From: an uncultured delta proteobacterium
Lineage (GTDB): Bacteria; Myxococcota_A; Polyangia; Fen-1088
NCBI GenBank assembly: GCA_963796685.1
Contig: CAWCMR010000005.1
Location: 32,001 to 96,000, forward strand
Length of the DNA: 64,000 bases
Direction: 5' to 3'
The notes under the pieces were generated by a model. The model was not told where the DNA came from. It was given only the letters and a program-made list of their open reading frames with translations, and made no database searches. The translations under genes and the position numbers were made by a program. Shown piece after piece: positions 21,046-32,530 of this stretch (its first letter is position 1; each line of letters begins with the position of its first letter).

Positions 21046-21208
21046 TTCGGCAAGCATGCTTAGCGCGCGCCGTCGGTTCAAGGCGCGGCGCATCCTGAGG
21101 GTCGGCAAGCGCTGGGGTTACCTGGACGAGCTCGGCAAAGCCCGTCCGCGCCGGCACGAAAAGTCGACCTCGCGGCCGCTGACTTGAGCGCAGGTGGCGC
21201 AATGGGGA

Positions 21209-21238
21209 CTTTCCCGATTGACGCTTTCCCGATTGACG
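21209..21238 (+). repeat. 15-bp tandem duplication upstream of the FIST gene
   Basis: (CTTTCCCGATTGACG)x2 followed by TTGACA at 21240. Confidence 0.7.
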
Positions 21239-21342
21239 CTTGACAGATGGCGCTTCGGGGCGAAGCATGACGGGCGCGAGGTAGGACACTCAAGCTCTCC
21301 CCCAGGTCCACCGATCTCTCCTCTAAGGATTCGTCTAGCACC

Positions 21343-22515
21343 ATGGATTCTACGACGATTTGTGCAGGCACGGGTCTTAGCCAAGAAGCCGATTCCTATC
21401 AGGCAGGGCAGGCGGCCGCGACCATGGCGGTAGCTCGGCTTGCCGGCGAAAAGCCTGCGCTGGTACTCGTGTTCACGAGCCCGCGCTATGATCCGGAAGT
21501 TCTGCTGGCCGGTATCCGCTCTGTGACCGGCGAGGCGCCGCTCGTGGGCGCGACAGGCTCGGGCGAGATCGTGCACGGCGAGTACCTCGGATTCGGCCAG
21601 GGGGTAGGCGTGATGGCCCTGACTGCCGGGGCGTACCGTTTCGGCATCGCCTCGGGCAGCCATATTCGCGCAGATTTGGACCAGGCTGCTCAGACGATCA
21701 CGCGGGCAAGCCGAGAAGCGGCCGGCGAAAGCCCGCATGCCGCCGTCCTCTTGCTCACCGATTCGATGCTCGGCGATTTACAGCAGTTCGTACAGGGGGT
21801 GTATCGAATCGCCGGGCCGAAAGTGGCCCTTGTCGGCGCGGGCGCTGGCGACGAGCAGAAGTTCGTCCGTACCCTCGTCTTTCATGACGGTAGGGTCGTC
21901 GAGGAAGGCGCCGTCGTCGTCTGGATTGCGAGCGAGCACCCCATGCAGGTCGTGACCCAGCATGGCTGGCGACCGATAGGCGTTCCCCTGATCGTCACGC
22001 GCGTCGCCGGAACCGAGATCGTCGAGCTGAACGGTCGGCCGGCGGCGGAGGCCTACGAAGAGCAGCTTGGTCTTTCCCCGGGACAGCTCAGCCCCGAGGA
22101 GTTCTGGGGCACTTCCATCCGCCACCCGTTTGGTCTGATCCAGCCGGACAATTCGACCGTGATCCGGGTTGCTCGTGCGAAGACGCCGCAGGGCACGTTG
22201 CGCATTCAAGGCTGCGTGCCCCCCACGGGAAGTGCGGTGCAGGTCATGGACGGATCGGCAGACAGCTTGATGGCCATCTCCGACCGCGTGATTGCGGAGT
22301 CATTGCGTGTAAATCCGAAGGCCGCCGTTGTGCTCACCTTCAGCTGCGCGGCCCGCGCCATGATTTTCGGCTCGCGCGTCGCAGAAGAGGCCCGGCTCAT
22401 GCAGAACGCGGCTGGAAGAGCGCAAACCTTCGGATTTTACTGTTGCGCGGAATTTGCCCGCACAGCAGGGGTGCTCGGGACACACAACGCCACGCTGACC
22501 ACGCTGGCGCTCTAG
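21343..22515 (+). CDS. FIST N/C domain signal-sensing protein
   Basis: LVGATGSGEI, QHGWRPIG, ELNGRPA, FSCAAR, GFY..EF, HNAT. Confidence 0.9.
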   Translation: MDSTTICAGTGLSQEADSYQAGQAAATMAVARLAGEKPALVLVFTSPRYDPEVLLAGIRSVTGEAPLVGATGSGEIVHGEYLGFGQGVGVMALTAGAYRFGIASGSHIRADLDQAAQTITRASREAAGESPHAAVLLLTDSMLGDLQQFVQGVYRIAGPKVALVGAGAGDEQKFVRTLVFHDGRVVEEGAVVVWIASEHPMQVVTQHGWRPIGVPLIVTRVAGTEIVELNGRPAAEAYEEQLGLSPGQLSPEEFWGTSIRHPFGLIQPDNSTVIRVARAKTPQGTLRIQGCVPPTGSAVQVMDGSADSLMAISDRVIAESLRVNPKAAVVLTFSCAARAMIFGSRVAEEARLMQNAAGRAQTFGFYCCAEFARTAGVLGTHNATLTTLAL

Positions 22516-22538
22516 TTGTACGAGGCAAACAGGAGCCC

Positions 22539-24329
22539 ATGTCCGATTCTCCCGAGGAGCATGGCCGGCCAGTTTCGTGCGCCAACGACGAGCTTGGACG
22601 ACTTCGCGCCCAGCACGCGGCCACGGTTCAAGCCTTGCAGGCCGCCATTCGGGACGTCACCAGGCTCACCCGGCTGTTTGCGATTCTGAACGAGCCCGCG
22701 CCGCTCGAAAGACTGCTCGACCGCGTGCTTGCAACGCTTTCGGAGCTTTTCCTTTGCGACGTGGTCGTGCTGCTCAAGGGAGGCGCCGAAGGGGGCCTGG
22801 TCCTTCTGGCCGCGATCGGGCTACCGGCCAACATGCAGAAGCGGGCGCTTTTCAGCTCGGACTCGAGTTACACGACGACGGCCTTGAAGGGCGGCCAGCC
22901 GACGACGGTGGCGCAGGCGCGCGTCGATCCGAAGGTCGACGCCTACCTCCGAGATCTGGATGTGGAGACGGCGGTTTGGCTTCCGGTAAGCGGAGACGAA
23001 GGCAGTAGCCGTGGTGTCCTCGTCTTGGCCCGCTGTCAGCCGGTCCCTTTCGTTCAGGCCGACGTCGATCTGCTCGCAGTCATGGCCTATCGGATCGGGC
23101 TCATGATCGAGCGCTCATTGGCCGAGGAGGAGCGGCGACGGCTCGAGCACCGGCTCAGGCAAGCACAAAAGACGGAGAGCCTCGGGCGTATGGCTGCGGC
23201 GATTGCACACCATTTCAACAATATGCTCGGCGCGGCCATTGGCAGCCTGGACCTCGCTCTCGAGGACTTGCCGTCCGACGATCGCGTTCGCGAGGATGTG
23301 CTGAACGCGCGCGAATCCGCCGGACGTGCGGCAAAGACGAGCGAGCTCATGCTGGCCTACCTCGGGCAAACGGTCGGGAATCGAGAAACGGTGGATTTGA
23401 CCCAGGTCCTGCGGGACGCGCTTCCCGCTCTCGAGGCCTCGATCCCTCGTAACGCCAGACTGATCCTGGACTTGCGCGAGTCGGGACTGATCGTGCTGGT
23501 AGGCCCTGCCCAGATCACGCAGATGTTCGGCAATCTCATCACCAACGCTTGGGAGTCGATGGGCGGCGCAAAGGGGGAGATCCGAGTCTCCGTCCGGGCC
23601 GTGTCGAGCGCGCGCATTCCCAAGACTCACCTTGCTTCGGCCGATTTCAAAGCGCGGGCCGCCAGTTACGTCTGCCTGGAAGTCCGCGACACGGGCTGCG
23701 GAATGGCTGCCGAGACCATCGAGAAGATCTTCGATCCATTCTTCACCACGAAATTCCTAGGCAGAGGGCTGGGATTGCCGGTCGTGCTCGGCACCGTCCG
23801 TGCCTACGATGGCGTGATCAGTGTCGAGAGCGTGATCGGGCAGGGATCGACCTTTCGCGTCTACCTGCCGCACGCACCTCTCGCGCTCCTGGAAGGGCGG
23901 TCCACGGCCTCCATGGCCCACCTGTCGGAAGGCGATGGCGCGAAGGCGGGCATCGTGCTCGTGGCAGAGGACGAGGAGAGCCTTCTCCGGGCGACGCAAC
24001 GTATGTTCGAGCGCATGGGCTACCTGGTCGTTTCTGCCACCGACGGGGCAACCGCCGTCGAAAGGTTTCGTGACCGGGCCAAGGATGTACGTCTCGTCCT
24101 TCTCGACCTCGCCATGCCGCAGATGGACGGCTGGGCGACGCTCGAGGCAGTTCGCTCGCTACGCCCCGACATCCCCGTCATTCTGACCAGTGGCTACGAT
24201 GAGGCCGATGCCTTCCGCGGCCAACCGTCGCATCACTCTCTGCACTTCCTGCACAAACCCTACAGCTTCGCCGAGCTCCGCTCCGCCGTTGCGAAGACGC
24301 TCGCGGCGGCCGAGGACCATGCGCGATAG
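22539..24329 (+). CDS. Hybrid sensor histidine kinase (GAF-HisKA-HATPase-REC)
   Basis: [47 protein letters not shown]. Confidence 0.92.
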   Translation: MSDSPEEHGRPVSCANDELGRLRAQHAATVQALQAAIRDVTRLTRLFAILNEPAPLERLLDRVLATLSELFLCDVVVLLKGGAEGGLVLLAAIGLPANMQKRALFSSDSSYTTTALKGGQPTTVAQARVDPKVDAYLRDLDVETAVWLPVSGDEGSSRGVLVLARCQPVPFVQADVDLLAVMAYRIGLMIERSLAEEERRRLEHRLRQAQKTESLGRMAAAIAHHFNNMLGAAIGSLDLALEDLPSDDRVREDVLNARESAGRAAKTSELMLAYLGQTVGNRETVDLTQVLRDALPALEASIPRNARLILDLRESGLIVLVGPAQITQMFGNLITNAWESMGGAKGEIRVSVRAVSSARIPKTHLASADFKARAASYVCLEVRDTGCGMAAETIEKIFDPFFTTKFLGRGLGLPVVLGTVRAYDGVISVESVIGQGSTFRVYLPHAPLALLEGRSTASMAHLSEGDGAKAGIVLVAEDEESLLRATQRMFERMGYLVVSATDGATAVERFRDRAKDVRLVLLDLAMPQMDGWATLEAVRSLRPDIPVILTSGYDEADAFRGQPSHHSLHFLHKPYSFAELRSAVAKTLAAAEDHAR

Positions 24330-24774
24330 CTGCCGAGTGCACGGCCGGGGTAGCCCCTCGGGCAACGAAGCATCCCGTAGGCGACGCCCATAGACCGCAA
24401 GAAGTCGTAGCCACCTTGTCGATGGCGAAAGCCGCCGGCACCGCCGACGGCGTTTCCGTCATCGATATGTCGGCGCTCTCGGCTGCCGTGTACACCAGCG
24501 CCGGCCTTTGTCCGAACAGCGGCGATTACACCTCGACCACCAGCAAGGATACATCGGGCTCCAAAGCCCGGGCGCGGCGATGTCGCGGGCCGCTCCACGG
24601 TGACCGTCGGCAGCCGTGCCCGCTCTACCTGCAGGAGGCGAAGGGGCTCGTCCTGCTGCTATGCTTGCACGTCCAGGAGGCCTCATGACACCCGATACGA
24701 TCAAGCTGCTGGCCCGGTACAACGCTCTGGCTTGGGGCGAGCTGTTTCCCGGCTATTGACTGGGGAGACCGCCT

Positions 24775-26922
24775 TTGAACGGCCCACCAAACCCGTCCGC
24801 CGGTCCGCTCCTGCTTCCGGGATACTCCTGCTGGAGGAGGGTGGTGGCTCGCCGTCTCTCCATGATCCAAGACGCCGGGCCGACTTTCGCGGCCATCGCG
24901 GAGGCGATGGAGGCCGCGACGCGCACCATCTTCGTGGTGGGCTGGGACCTCGACAGCCGGACCCGCCTTCGCCCGGACGCGGGTCACTTGGCGGACGAGC
25001 GGCTGCTGTCCTTGCTTCGTCGGTGCCTCGACCGTCGCTCCGAGCTGGAGGTCTTCCTTCTCATATGGGACTTTTCCATCATCTACGCCTGGGAACGGGA
25101 GCCTCTGCCGCGTAGCCAATTCGGCAGCGCGCATGCGCGACTGCATTTCGCCCTCGACGCTCCCGCGACCCCCGGCTCGTCCCATCATCAGAAGATCGTC
25201 GTGATCGACGACGAGGTCGCTTTCACCGGTGGTGTCGACCTCACGATCCGCCGCTGGGACACTCCCGAGCATGCGCCGACCGACCTCCGACGGGTCGATT
25301 GGGAGGACCGTCCCTATGGACCGTTCCACGACGTGCACGTCGCGGTTTCCGGTCCCGCGGCGTCCGCGTTTGGCGAGCTGGCGCGCGCGCGTTGGGCGGC
25401 CGGGCGCCATCGTCCCTCCCCGCCGCCGCTCGCTCCCCCGCGCGACAACCCACCCGCCCCCTGGCCGGCCGGGCTGGCGGTGGACGCCACCGATATCTCC
25501 GTCGGCCTCGCGCGAACCTTCGCCAGCCGCATGGGGCCCGCCATCAACGAGATCGAGATTCTCACGTCGAACGCCATCGCCGCCGCCCGGCGCTGGATCT
25601 ATGCCGAGAATCAGTACCTCACGTCATGGGTCGTGGCGCGGGCGCTCGGGGCGCAGTTGCTGCGCGCGACCGGCCCGGAGATCGTCGTGGTCTTGCCCAA
25701 GGAAGCGTCAGGCTGGAAGGAGCAGAGCTCCATGGACGTCCTACGCAACCAAGTTTTCAAGTCCTTGTCACGGCAAGATCGTTATGGACGACTGCGCTTG
25801 CTCACGCCACTCGTCGGGACGGGGGCCGACACCCGTGACGTGCAAGTCCACGCGAAGGTCCTGGTCGTGGACGATGTCCTCGCGAAGATCGGCTCCGCGA
25901 ACTTCACGGGTCGATCGATGAGGCTCGACAGCGAGTGCGATCTGGCGGTCGAGGCATACGACGATGCCAGCGCCTCCTTCGTGGCGTCCGTGCGCAACCG
26001 TCTGCTGGCCGAGCACCTCGGTTCGTCGGCATCGGAGATCGCGGTCCGCCTGGCGGCGCACGGTTCGTTGCTCCAACTGGTCGACGCTCAACCCCCGAAC
26101 GTGCACCGCCGCCTCGTACCCGCGCCGTCCGCGGTGGAGCCGCCCTTCGATTTCGTCGTGCTCGACGGCGCCGTGATCGATCCGGTCGAGCCATGGAACG
26201 CGACGGCGCTGCTGGAGCGGGCGGTCCCGGTTCCCCTGCGCAGGCGTCTCGCGCGCCGCTGGCTGCGTCCGCTGCTCCTCGCGTCCATCGCCATCGCCGG
26301 CTGGGCCCTGATTCGCTCCTGGCATCCCCTCGCCACGGGCGTGCGCGATCTGATCGCCGGCGCCGTGGTCGCCGCCGCCCAACGCCCCGGCGGCACGCTG
26401 TTCGCGGTGCTGTTCTACGCCGTCGCCGCCGTCCTCTGCGTGCCCGTCACGTTGCTGGCAACGGTCACCTTGGCGGTGTTCGGCGTCTGGCCCGGCGTGG
26501 CCATCGCCTGGGCCGGCGGCGTGCTGTCCGCCACGCTCTCGCACCTGATCGGAAGCATGCTCGGACCGCGGCTTCTCGGTTGGCTGCCCGACCGAATCGA
26601 ACGCGGCGTGCGGCGTTTCCTGCGCCGCCGAGGATTTTGGTCGGTCATCTTCATACGGCTCGTGCCGCTCGGGGACTTCGGCATCCTCAACCTGGTAGCC
26701 GGTGCCCTTCAGGTGCCAAGGACCTCGTTCATCCTCGGCAACATGGTCGGCCTCCTCCCCGGCCTGCTCGGTCTCGGAATGATCGTCGCCCGCTTGCGGG
26801 CCTTGCTGAGCCAACCCAGCCCGGCCAATGCGATTCTCGCGATCATCGTGGTGACCGCGGTCGTCGTCCTCGCCGTGTTGGCCAAGCGCCACTTCCGCCC
26901 GGAAACCGAGCCGGACGCATGA
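24775..26922 (+). CDS. Phospholipase D family protein with C-terminal VTT/DedA membrane domain
   Basis: Two HKD motifs (HHQKIVVID, HAKVLVVD); RLVP..F..LNLVAG. Confidence 0.9.
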   Translation: MNGPPNPSAGPLLLPGYSCWRRVVARRLSMIQDAGPTFAAIAEAMEAATRTIFVVGWDLDSRTRLRPDAGHLADERLLSLLRRCLDRRSELEVFLLIWDFSIIYAWEREPLPRSQFGSAHARLHFALDAPATPGSSHHQKIVVIDDEVAFTGGVDLTIRRWDTPEHAPTDLRRVDWEDRPYGPFHDVHVAVSGPAASAFGELARARWAAGRHRPSPPPLAPPRDNPPAPWPAGLAVDATDISVGLARTFASRMGPAINEIEILTSNAIAAARRWIYAENQYLTSWVVARALGAQLLRATGPEIVVVLPKEASGWKEQSSMDVLRNQVFKSLSRQDRYGRLRLLTPLVGTGADTRDVQVHAKVLVVDDVLAKIGSANFTGRSMRLDSECDLAVEAYDDASASFVASVRNRLLAEHLGSSASEIAVRLAAHGSLLQLVDAQPPNVHRRLVPAPSAVEPPFDFVVLDGAVIDPVEPWNATALLERAVPVPLRRRLARRWLRPLLLASIAIAGWALIRSWHPLATGVRDLIAGAVVAAAQRPGGTLFAVLFYAVAAVLCVPVTLLATVTLAVFGVWPGVAIAWAGGVLSATLSHLIGSMLGPRLLGWLPDRIERGVRRFLRRRGFWSVIFIRLVPLGDFGILNLVAGALQVPRTSFILGNMVGLLPGLLGLGMIVARLRALLSQPSPANAILAIIVVTAVVVLAVLAKRHFRPETEPDA

Positions 26923-27665
26923 CGTCGTTGCTCGAATCCGAGACCTCCTTGCGCGTGGCGACCTGGAACATCCACGACGCCCGCGGAGCCGACGGCCAGC
27001 GCGATCTCGACCGCGTGGCCCGCGTGCTCGGGCAGCTCCGCGCGCCTCTCATCGGGTTGCAAGAGGTGCGCTGCGGGGCCAGCGAAGACGATGCCGCCGA
27101 CCTCGCCCGGCGACATGGATACGGCTGGTTCGCCATCGAGACGCGGCGACACGCCGACGCGCAACACGGAAACGCGCTGCTCACCTCGCTGCCCATCGAG
27201 GGCACGCGCGTGCATGATCTCTCGATCGCCCATCGCGAGCCACGAGCCGCGCTCGAGGCCAACATCCGATGGCAAGGACGGCACTTGCGGGTCGTGGTCA
27301 CGCACCTCGGACTGCGGGCTGGCGAGCGACGCAAGCAAGTCGAACGCCTGTTGGCGCAACTGCCGCCGGATGACGGCGCCATCACCATCTTGCTCGGAGA
27401 CATCAACGAGTGGTGGCTGTGGGGGCGGCCGTTGCGCTGGCTCCATCGCCGCTTCGGAACGAGCCCGTCTCTGCGCAGCTATCCCGCCCGGGCGCCGTTC
27501 TTCGCGCTCGATCGCGTCTGGGTCTCGCCGCCTTGGACGGTGTCCACGATCGACGTCCCCCATGGCCCGGGGGCGCGCACCGCCTCGGACCACCTGCCGG
27601 TCATCGCGACCCTCCGCTTGCCAGCCACGATCCCGGGACAGGCTCGAAACCTCGATCCACCGTAG
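26919..27665 (+). CDS. Endonuclease/exonuclease/phosphatase family protein
   Basis: VATWNIH, LQEV, GNALL, THLGL, GDINE, LDRVW, ASDHLP. Confidence 0.9.
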   Translation: MTSLLESETSLRVATWNIHDARGADGQRDLDRVARVLGQLRAPLIGLQEVRCGASEDDAADLARRHGYGWFAIETRRHADAQHGNALLTSLPIEGTRVHDLSIAHREPRAALEANIRWQGRHLRVVVTHLGLRAGERRKQVERLLAQLPPDDGAITILLGDINEWWLWGRPLRWLHRRFGTSPSLRSYPARAPFFALDRVWVSPPWTVSTIDVPHGPGARTASDHLPVIATLRLPATIPGQARNLDPP

Positions 27666-27694
27666 TCGCCAAGGAGTCCCATTTGCCTGGCGAA

Positions 27695-29527
27695 TCAAGC
27701 CGCTTCCCGGACGGCTTTCACGATGGCATCGCGCGAGATCGATTCGAACCGTAGCAGCTCCTCGGGCTTCCCACTCCGGGGTAGCTCTCGCACCGCGAGC
27801 GAGACGATCTTCGCGCCGGTCGATGCCAGGGCGCTCCTGACCGCTTCGCCGAGACCGCCTTCGGGGTAGTGGTCTTCGACCGTGATGATGGCCTGGGTCT
27901 CCTGCGCTGCTCGGCTCAGCGTCTCTTCGTCTATCGGCTTGATGCTGTAGAGATCAATCACACGGATCGGGATCCGCTCCCTCTCCAGTTGCTCGGAAGC
28001 GGCCAAGGCCTCGTGCACGGTGATGCCCGCCGCGACCACGGTCACCCGATCGCGATCGCTTTTGCGCACGACCTTGCAGCCGCCAAGAACGAATGCCTCC
28101 TCGGGACCGTAAATCACCGGCGTCTTCCCCCGCGTGGTCCGCAGGTAACAGATACCCTTATGCTCGGCACAAGCCTCGACCAGCTTCTCTGTCGACACCG
28201 CATCGCATGGGTACACGACCACGGCATCGCGAATGGTGCGGAAGATGGCAATGTCCTCGAGGCCCATCTGCGACGGACCGTCCTGCCCGATGGAAACGCC
28301 CGCGTGCGAGCCGACCACCTTTATGTTGGCAGACGAATACTGCGCCATTCGGATCTGGTCGGTCGCACGCGTCAGGAACGCCGCAAAGGACGACATGAAG
28401 GGAATCTTGCCCCGCGACGACAAGCCCAGGGCCACCCCGGCCATGTTCTGCTCGGCGATGTACATCTCGAAGAAGCGGCCGGGGTGTGCGTCCTCGAGCT
28501 TGTCCGCGCGGGTTGAGTTGCTCACCTCTCCGTCGAGCGCCACCAACCCCGGGAACCGCTTCGCGACACGCACCAACGCCGTGCCGTACGCGTCGCGCGT
28601 CGCCACCTCCTGAGCGCGCGCATAGCGGATCGGCCCGGCCGGCTCTACCTCCACGACCTTCGGTCTCGCGTTCTCTGGCATCGCGATCCTGGTACCGCGA
28701 ACCGTCTTGTCGACGGGACCCAACTTGCGAAGTGCTTGCTCGAGCTGCTCCTTGTCGAGCGTCTTGCCATGCCAACCGTCCTTGTCTTCGACGGCCTCGA
28801 CCCCCTTGCCCTTGATGGTTCGCGCGATGATCATCGCGGGCCGAGACACGTTCTGGCTCTTGCGGTAGGCTTGCAAGACCTGCTCGAACGAGTGGCCGTC
28901 TGCGACCATGATGGTCTCCCACCCGAACCCGGCGATACGCTGGCGGTAAGCTTCGAGGTCGTGGCCGTACATGGTCTCGCCCCGCTGCCCGAGGCGATTG
29001 ACGTCCAGGATGCCAATCAGGTTGTCGAGCTTGTAATGAGCCGCGATCTGGATCGCCTCGTACTGGCTCCCCTCCGCCATCTCGCTGTCCCCGAGCAGCA
29101 CGTAGGTCCGGTACGGCAGCTTGTCCAGGTACTTCGCGTTGAGCGCAATGCCAACTCCGATCGACAGCCCCTGCCCCAGCGAGCCGGTGGCCGCCTCCAC
29201 ATAGGGGAGCTTGGGCGTCGGGTGTCCTTCGAGGCGGCTTCCGAACGAACGATACGTCATGAGCTCGTCCTCGGCGATCTTCCCGGCCGCCGCCCACAGG
29301 GCATAGAAGAGCGGCGAGGCATGACCCTTGGAAAACACCAGCCGATCGTTGTTGGGATGACCGGGATCGTCGGCGTCGTAGCGGAAGAATCCCCCGAAGA
29401 GCAGCGCCGTCATGAGCTCCGTGGCGGACAGCGAGGAGGTGGGGTGTCCTGATCCGGCGCGGGTTGTGGAAACGAGAATGTAGTAACGGACCAGCCTCGC
29501 CAGTCTGTCCAGCGTGTCATCGTTCAT
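27695..29527 (-). CDS. tkt: Transketolase
   Basis: SGHPTSS, SKGHA, ATGSLGQG, GDSE..EGS, IAEQNM, GQDGPSQM. Confidence 0.93.
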   Translation of the reverse strand: MNDDTLDRLARLVRYYILVSTTRAGSGHPTSSLSATELMTALLFGGFFRYDADDPGHPNNDRLVFSKGHASPLFYALWAAAGKIAEDELMTYRSFGSRLEGHPTPKLPYVEAATGSLGQGLSIGVGIALNAKYLDKLPYRTYVLLGDSEMAEGSQYEAIQIAAHYKLDNLIGILDVNRLGQRGETMYGHDLEAYRQRIAGFGWETIMVADGHSFEQVLQAYRKSQNVSRPAMIIARTIKGKGVEAVEDKDGWHGKTLDKEQLEQALRKLGPVDKTVRGTRIAMPENARPKVVEVEPAGPIRYARAQEVATRDAYGTALVRVAKRFPGLVALDGEVSNSTRADKLEDAHPGRFFEMYIAEQNMAGVALGLSSRGKIPFMSSFAAFLTRATDQIRMAQYSSANIKVVGSHAGVSIGQDGPSQMGLEDIAIFRTIRDAVVVYPCDAVSTEKLVEACAEHKGICYLRTTRGKTPVIYGPEEAFVLGGCKVVRKSDRDRVTVVAAGITVHEALAASEQLERERIPIRVIDLYSIKPIDEETLSRAAQETQAIITVEDHYPEGGLGEAVRSALASTGAKIVSLAVRELPRSGKPEELLRFESISRDAIVKAVREAA

Positions 29528-29815
29528 GATCTCCTCCTCCTTGGTTTGCATCATGGGTTGCGAGCCCCCTTCTGCGCATCGCCTTGGCCTCTCTCCTCTG
29601 ATGAGCCTCAGGTGCCTTGTGTTCCGGATCTTTTGCCGGGTTTTGCTTGCCGCAGCTCGCTGCAGGGACTCAAGAGGTGTCCGGAAATCGGAACAGTGGT
29701 ACACGACGATCCAGATCCTGCTGACGATGGAGGCGTTCAGGAAGGCGACGCTGCCGATAGCAGCCGCGGCGTGGCCGTTCGGGCTCGTGGCGAGGCCGGC
29801 TCTCGACCGAGCCGC

Positions 29816-30619
29816 TCAGCCGCCGGCGATTCCGGTGGTGAAGAGCACGGGCACCGGCATGCGGATACCGTCCGGCTTTTGCAGCGCGGCCACCTCGGCC
29901 AGATGCTGCGCCCTGAACGCCGCCTGGTCGGCGGAGGCCACGCGGCCGATCAAACGACGAAAGCCGGCGTTCCAGATCACGCGCCACCATTCGTCAGGGC
30001 CGGCCAGATAGTAGCCCAGGTCTTTGCTCTCGACCTCGACCTGCGCGAGACCGGCCTGCTCGAAGAGCCTCCGACACCCCTCCGGGCTGCCGATGCGCAG
30101 CCAGGTCGGAGGCGGAGCCTGCACGCCGAACCGGCCAAGGCGCGCCATCATGAGCGAGCGCAACGGCTCCATGTAGTCGTGGCTGAAGTTGCTGAGCATC
30201 ACGCGTCCGCCCGGCTTGACCGTCTTGGCGATGAGCTGGAGCTGCGCCTCCATGTCCTCGACGAAGAAGATGCCGAAGGCACACACCGCGACGTCGAAGA
30301 CAGCCTGCGACGCCAGCGCCTGCATGTCGCGTTCGACGAAATCGACGTTGTGGAGCCCGGCCGCGTGGGTCTTGGCGCGCGCCTGGGCCAGCATGGCGGG
30401 CGAGAAGTCGACCGCGGTCAGCCGTCCGCGTGGCAAGCGGCGGGCGATGGCCAGCGACACGTGCCCGGTTCCGCAGGCCAGGTCGAGCACGTGCTCGTCA
30501 CCGCGCAGACCGAGGTGCTCCGCCATATGGGTGGCACTGGCGTGGAAGAAGCGCAGGGCCGGGTCGTCGTAGCCGTCGGCGACGGCGTCAAAGGTGTCCT
30601 TGATGAGGCGCTTTTGCAT
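29816..30619 (-). CDS. Class I SAM-dependent methyltransferase
   Basis: VLDLACGTG, VDFSPAML, VKPGGR. Confidence 0.9.
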   Translation of the reverse strand: MQKRLIKDTFDAVADGYDDPALRFFHASATHMAEHLGLRGDEHVLDLACGTGHVSLAIARRLPRGRLTAVDFSPAMLAQARAKTHAAGLHNVDFVERDMQALASQAVFDVAVCAFGIFFVEDMEAQLQLIAKTVKPGGRVMLSNFSHDYMEPLRSLMMARLGRFGVQAPPPTWLRIGSPEGCRRLFEQAGLAQVEVESKDLGYYLAGPDEWWRVIWNAGFRRLIGRVASADQAAFRAQHLAEVAALQKPDGIRMPVPVLFTTGIAGG

Positions 30620-30708
30620 GGGATGCGGACGGAAGTATCGCACGAATGTCGATTCATGAGCGCGACCTGAGCCGCCGGACGGTCCTGTCCGCACTGCCCT
30701 GGCGAAAC

Positions 30709-32208
30709 ATGAAAAAACTGGTCCTGACAATCGGCCTCATGGGAAGTCTCGTCGCTTGCGGTGGTCACGGCTCATCGAACCGGGTGGCTCCACGGGATGC
30801 ATCGCCGCCACCTGCGGATGCCGCTTCCGGCACCGGTGGCGTGATCGCGACCGGAGGCACTTTCGGGAGCGGCGGAGCTGGCGCTGGCGGGGCGACTGCC
30901 GTCGGCGGGGTCGGCGGGACCGGCGGCGCAACCATCGGGACTGGCGGCACGACGGCGACCGGTGGCACCACAGCGGCCGGCGGAGACTCCGGCAGCAGCG
31001 CGAGCGCGGCCGGTGGTGGCACCGGTGGTGTGAAGGCAACCGGTGGCACGACCGCCGTGGGAGGAAGCCCTGCGACGGGCGGGACCACGAGCACAGGTGG
31101 CACCACGGGCGCTGGCGGCACCACAGGGGCGGGGGCCACCACGGGCACAGGCGGGACCAGCCCGAAGTGGTCGACCGGTGCGCCCGAGACCAAGCCCTCG
31201 GGTTACGGTCAGGCGGCCACGGGATGCGGCTCGGGTACCGCGGTCACCGCCAGCACCCTCGCCGCTGCCCAGGCGGCCATCGACGGCTATTCCGGTAGCG
31301 GTGGCTTGTGCATTCGCTACACCGGGACCTTCGACTTCGCGACCATTCCCGATCCCTGCACGCAGCACACTCTCGCCGCGCAGATCCTCGAGATCAAGAA
31401 CACCGGCGACATCACGCTGCTGGGCGCGGACGGCTCGGCGGCCAACTTCGGCGTGCACATCGCATCGGCGGCCAGCAACATCATCGTCCGCAACATGCGC
31501 TTCGGTCTGTTGCCCGGCGGAAGCGACTCGGACGCCGTCAGCATCGAAGGCATGAGCGGCGGGGTGCCGACCAACATCTGGATCGATCACAACGAGCTGT
31601 GGAGCTCGATGGTCGAGTGCGCCGGCGCGGGCGACACATCGTTCGACGGCCTCATCGACATGAAGAAGGGCGCCGACAACGTCACCGTCTCGTACAACTA
31701 CATGCATGACCACCACAAGGTCAGCCTCAACGGCTACAGCGACAGCGACGCCGTGGTTCGCCACGCGACCTTCCACCACAACGTCTTCGAGAACGTCGGC
31801 TCGCGCACGCCGCTCCAGCGCGGCGGCTATACCCACATGCTCAACAACTACTTCCATCAAATCACCACTTCGGGCGCCAACATCCGCATGGGCGGCTATT
31901 CGCTCATCGAGGGCAATTACTTCGAAGACGTGGAGAACCCGGTCACTTCGCGCGACAGCTCGGCCATCGGCTACTGGGACCTGCGCAACAACAACGTCAC
32001 CGGCCCGGCCGATTTCGCCAAGTTCGCCATCACCTTCGTCGCCAGCACCTCGAGCCCGACCGTCGACGCGACCGACTGGAAGACGACCGCCGCCTTTCCG
32101 GTCGCGCTCGGCTACAGCTACACCGCCGACCCGCCTGATTGTTTGAAGGCGGGATTGCCGAGTGTGGCGGGGGCGGGCAAGGGGCTGGCCACGCTGAAGT
32201 GCAACTGA
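30709..32208 (+). CDS. Pectate lyase (PL1) lipoprotein with Gly/Thr linker
   Basis: Lipobox LVAC; NIIVRN, NIWIDHN, DGLID, VTVSYN, TFHHN, RTP. Confidence 0.92.
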   Translation: MKKLVLTIGLMGSLVACGGHGSSNRVAPRDASPPPADAASGTGGVIATGGTFGSGGAGAGGATAVGGVGGTGGATIGTGGTTATGGTTAAGGDSGSSASAAGGGTGGVKATGGTTAVGGSPATGGTTSTGGTTGAGGTTGAGATTGTGGTSPKWSTGAPETKPSGYGQAATGCGSGTAVTASTLAAAQAAIDGYSGSGGLCIRYTGTFDFATIPDPCTQHTLAAQILEIKNTGDITLLGADGSAANFGVHIASAASNIIVRNMRFGLLPGGSDSDAVSIEGMSGGVPTNIWIDHNELWSSMVECAGAGDTSFDGLIDMKKGADNVTVSYNYMHDHHKVSLNGYSDSDAVVRHATFHHNVFENVGSRTPLQRGGYTHMLNNYFHQITTSGANIRMGGYSLIEGNYFEDVENPVTSRDSSAIGYWDLRNNNVTGPADFAKFAITFVASTSSPTVDATDWKTTAAFPVALGYSYTADPPDCLKAGLPSVAGAGKGLATLKCN

Positions 32209-32348
32209 GGCGGAGCCAGCGGAACGCGCCCCGCGGTAGCCGCAGAAGACCGTGGCCTTGGCCGATTGCGATTGCCGTCGGCCACCCGTTGCTTCCCTCA
32301 CCTCGCGTCGCGTGGGACCTCGCGCTGGCCATGTGCTAGGCCTTGAGC

Positions 32349-32385
32349 ATGTCCGAGCACAAGGCAACTATCGTCTGGGATAGGT
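32349..32385 (+). pseudogene. Possible N-terminal stub of an OsmC-family gene
   Basis: MSEHKATIVWDR followed by unrelated sequence. Confidence 0.3.
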
Positions 32386-32530
32386 TGCGACCATGGCTTG
32401 TTTGCCGGACACGCGACCACACCCTCGATTCTCGGTGGCGAAAGTGGGTTCGTCCAACAGCCGGGTCCATGTCGGTATCGAAGAGGAAGTGTATGCGCAT
32501 CGTCGATCCGGATGAAGATGGAGGGTCGGG

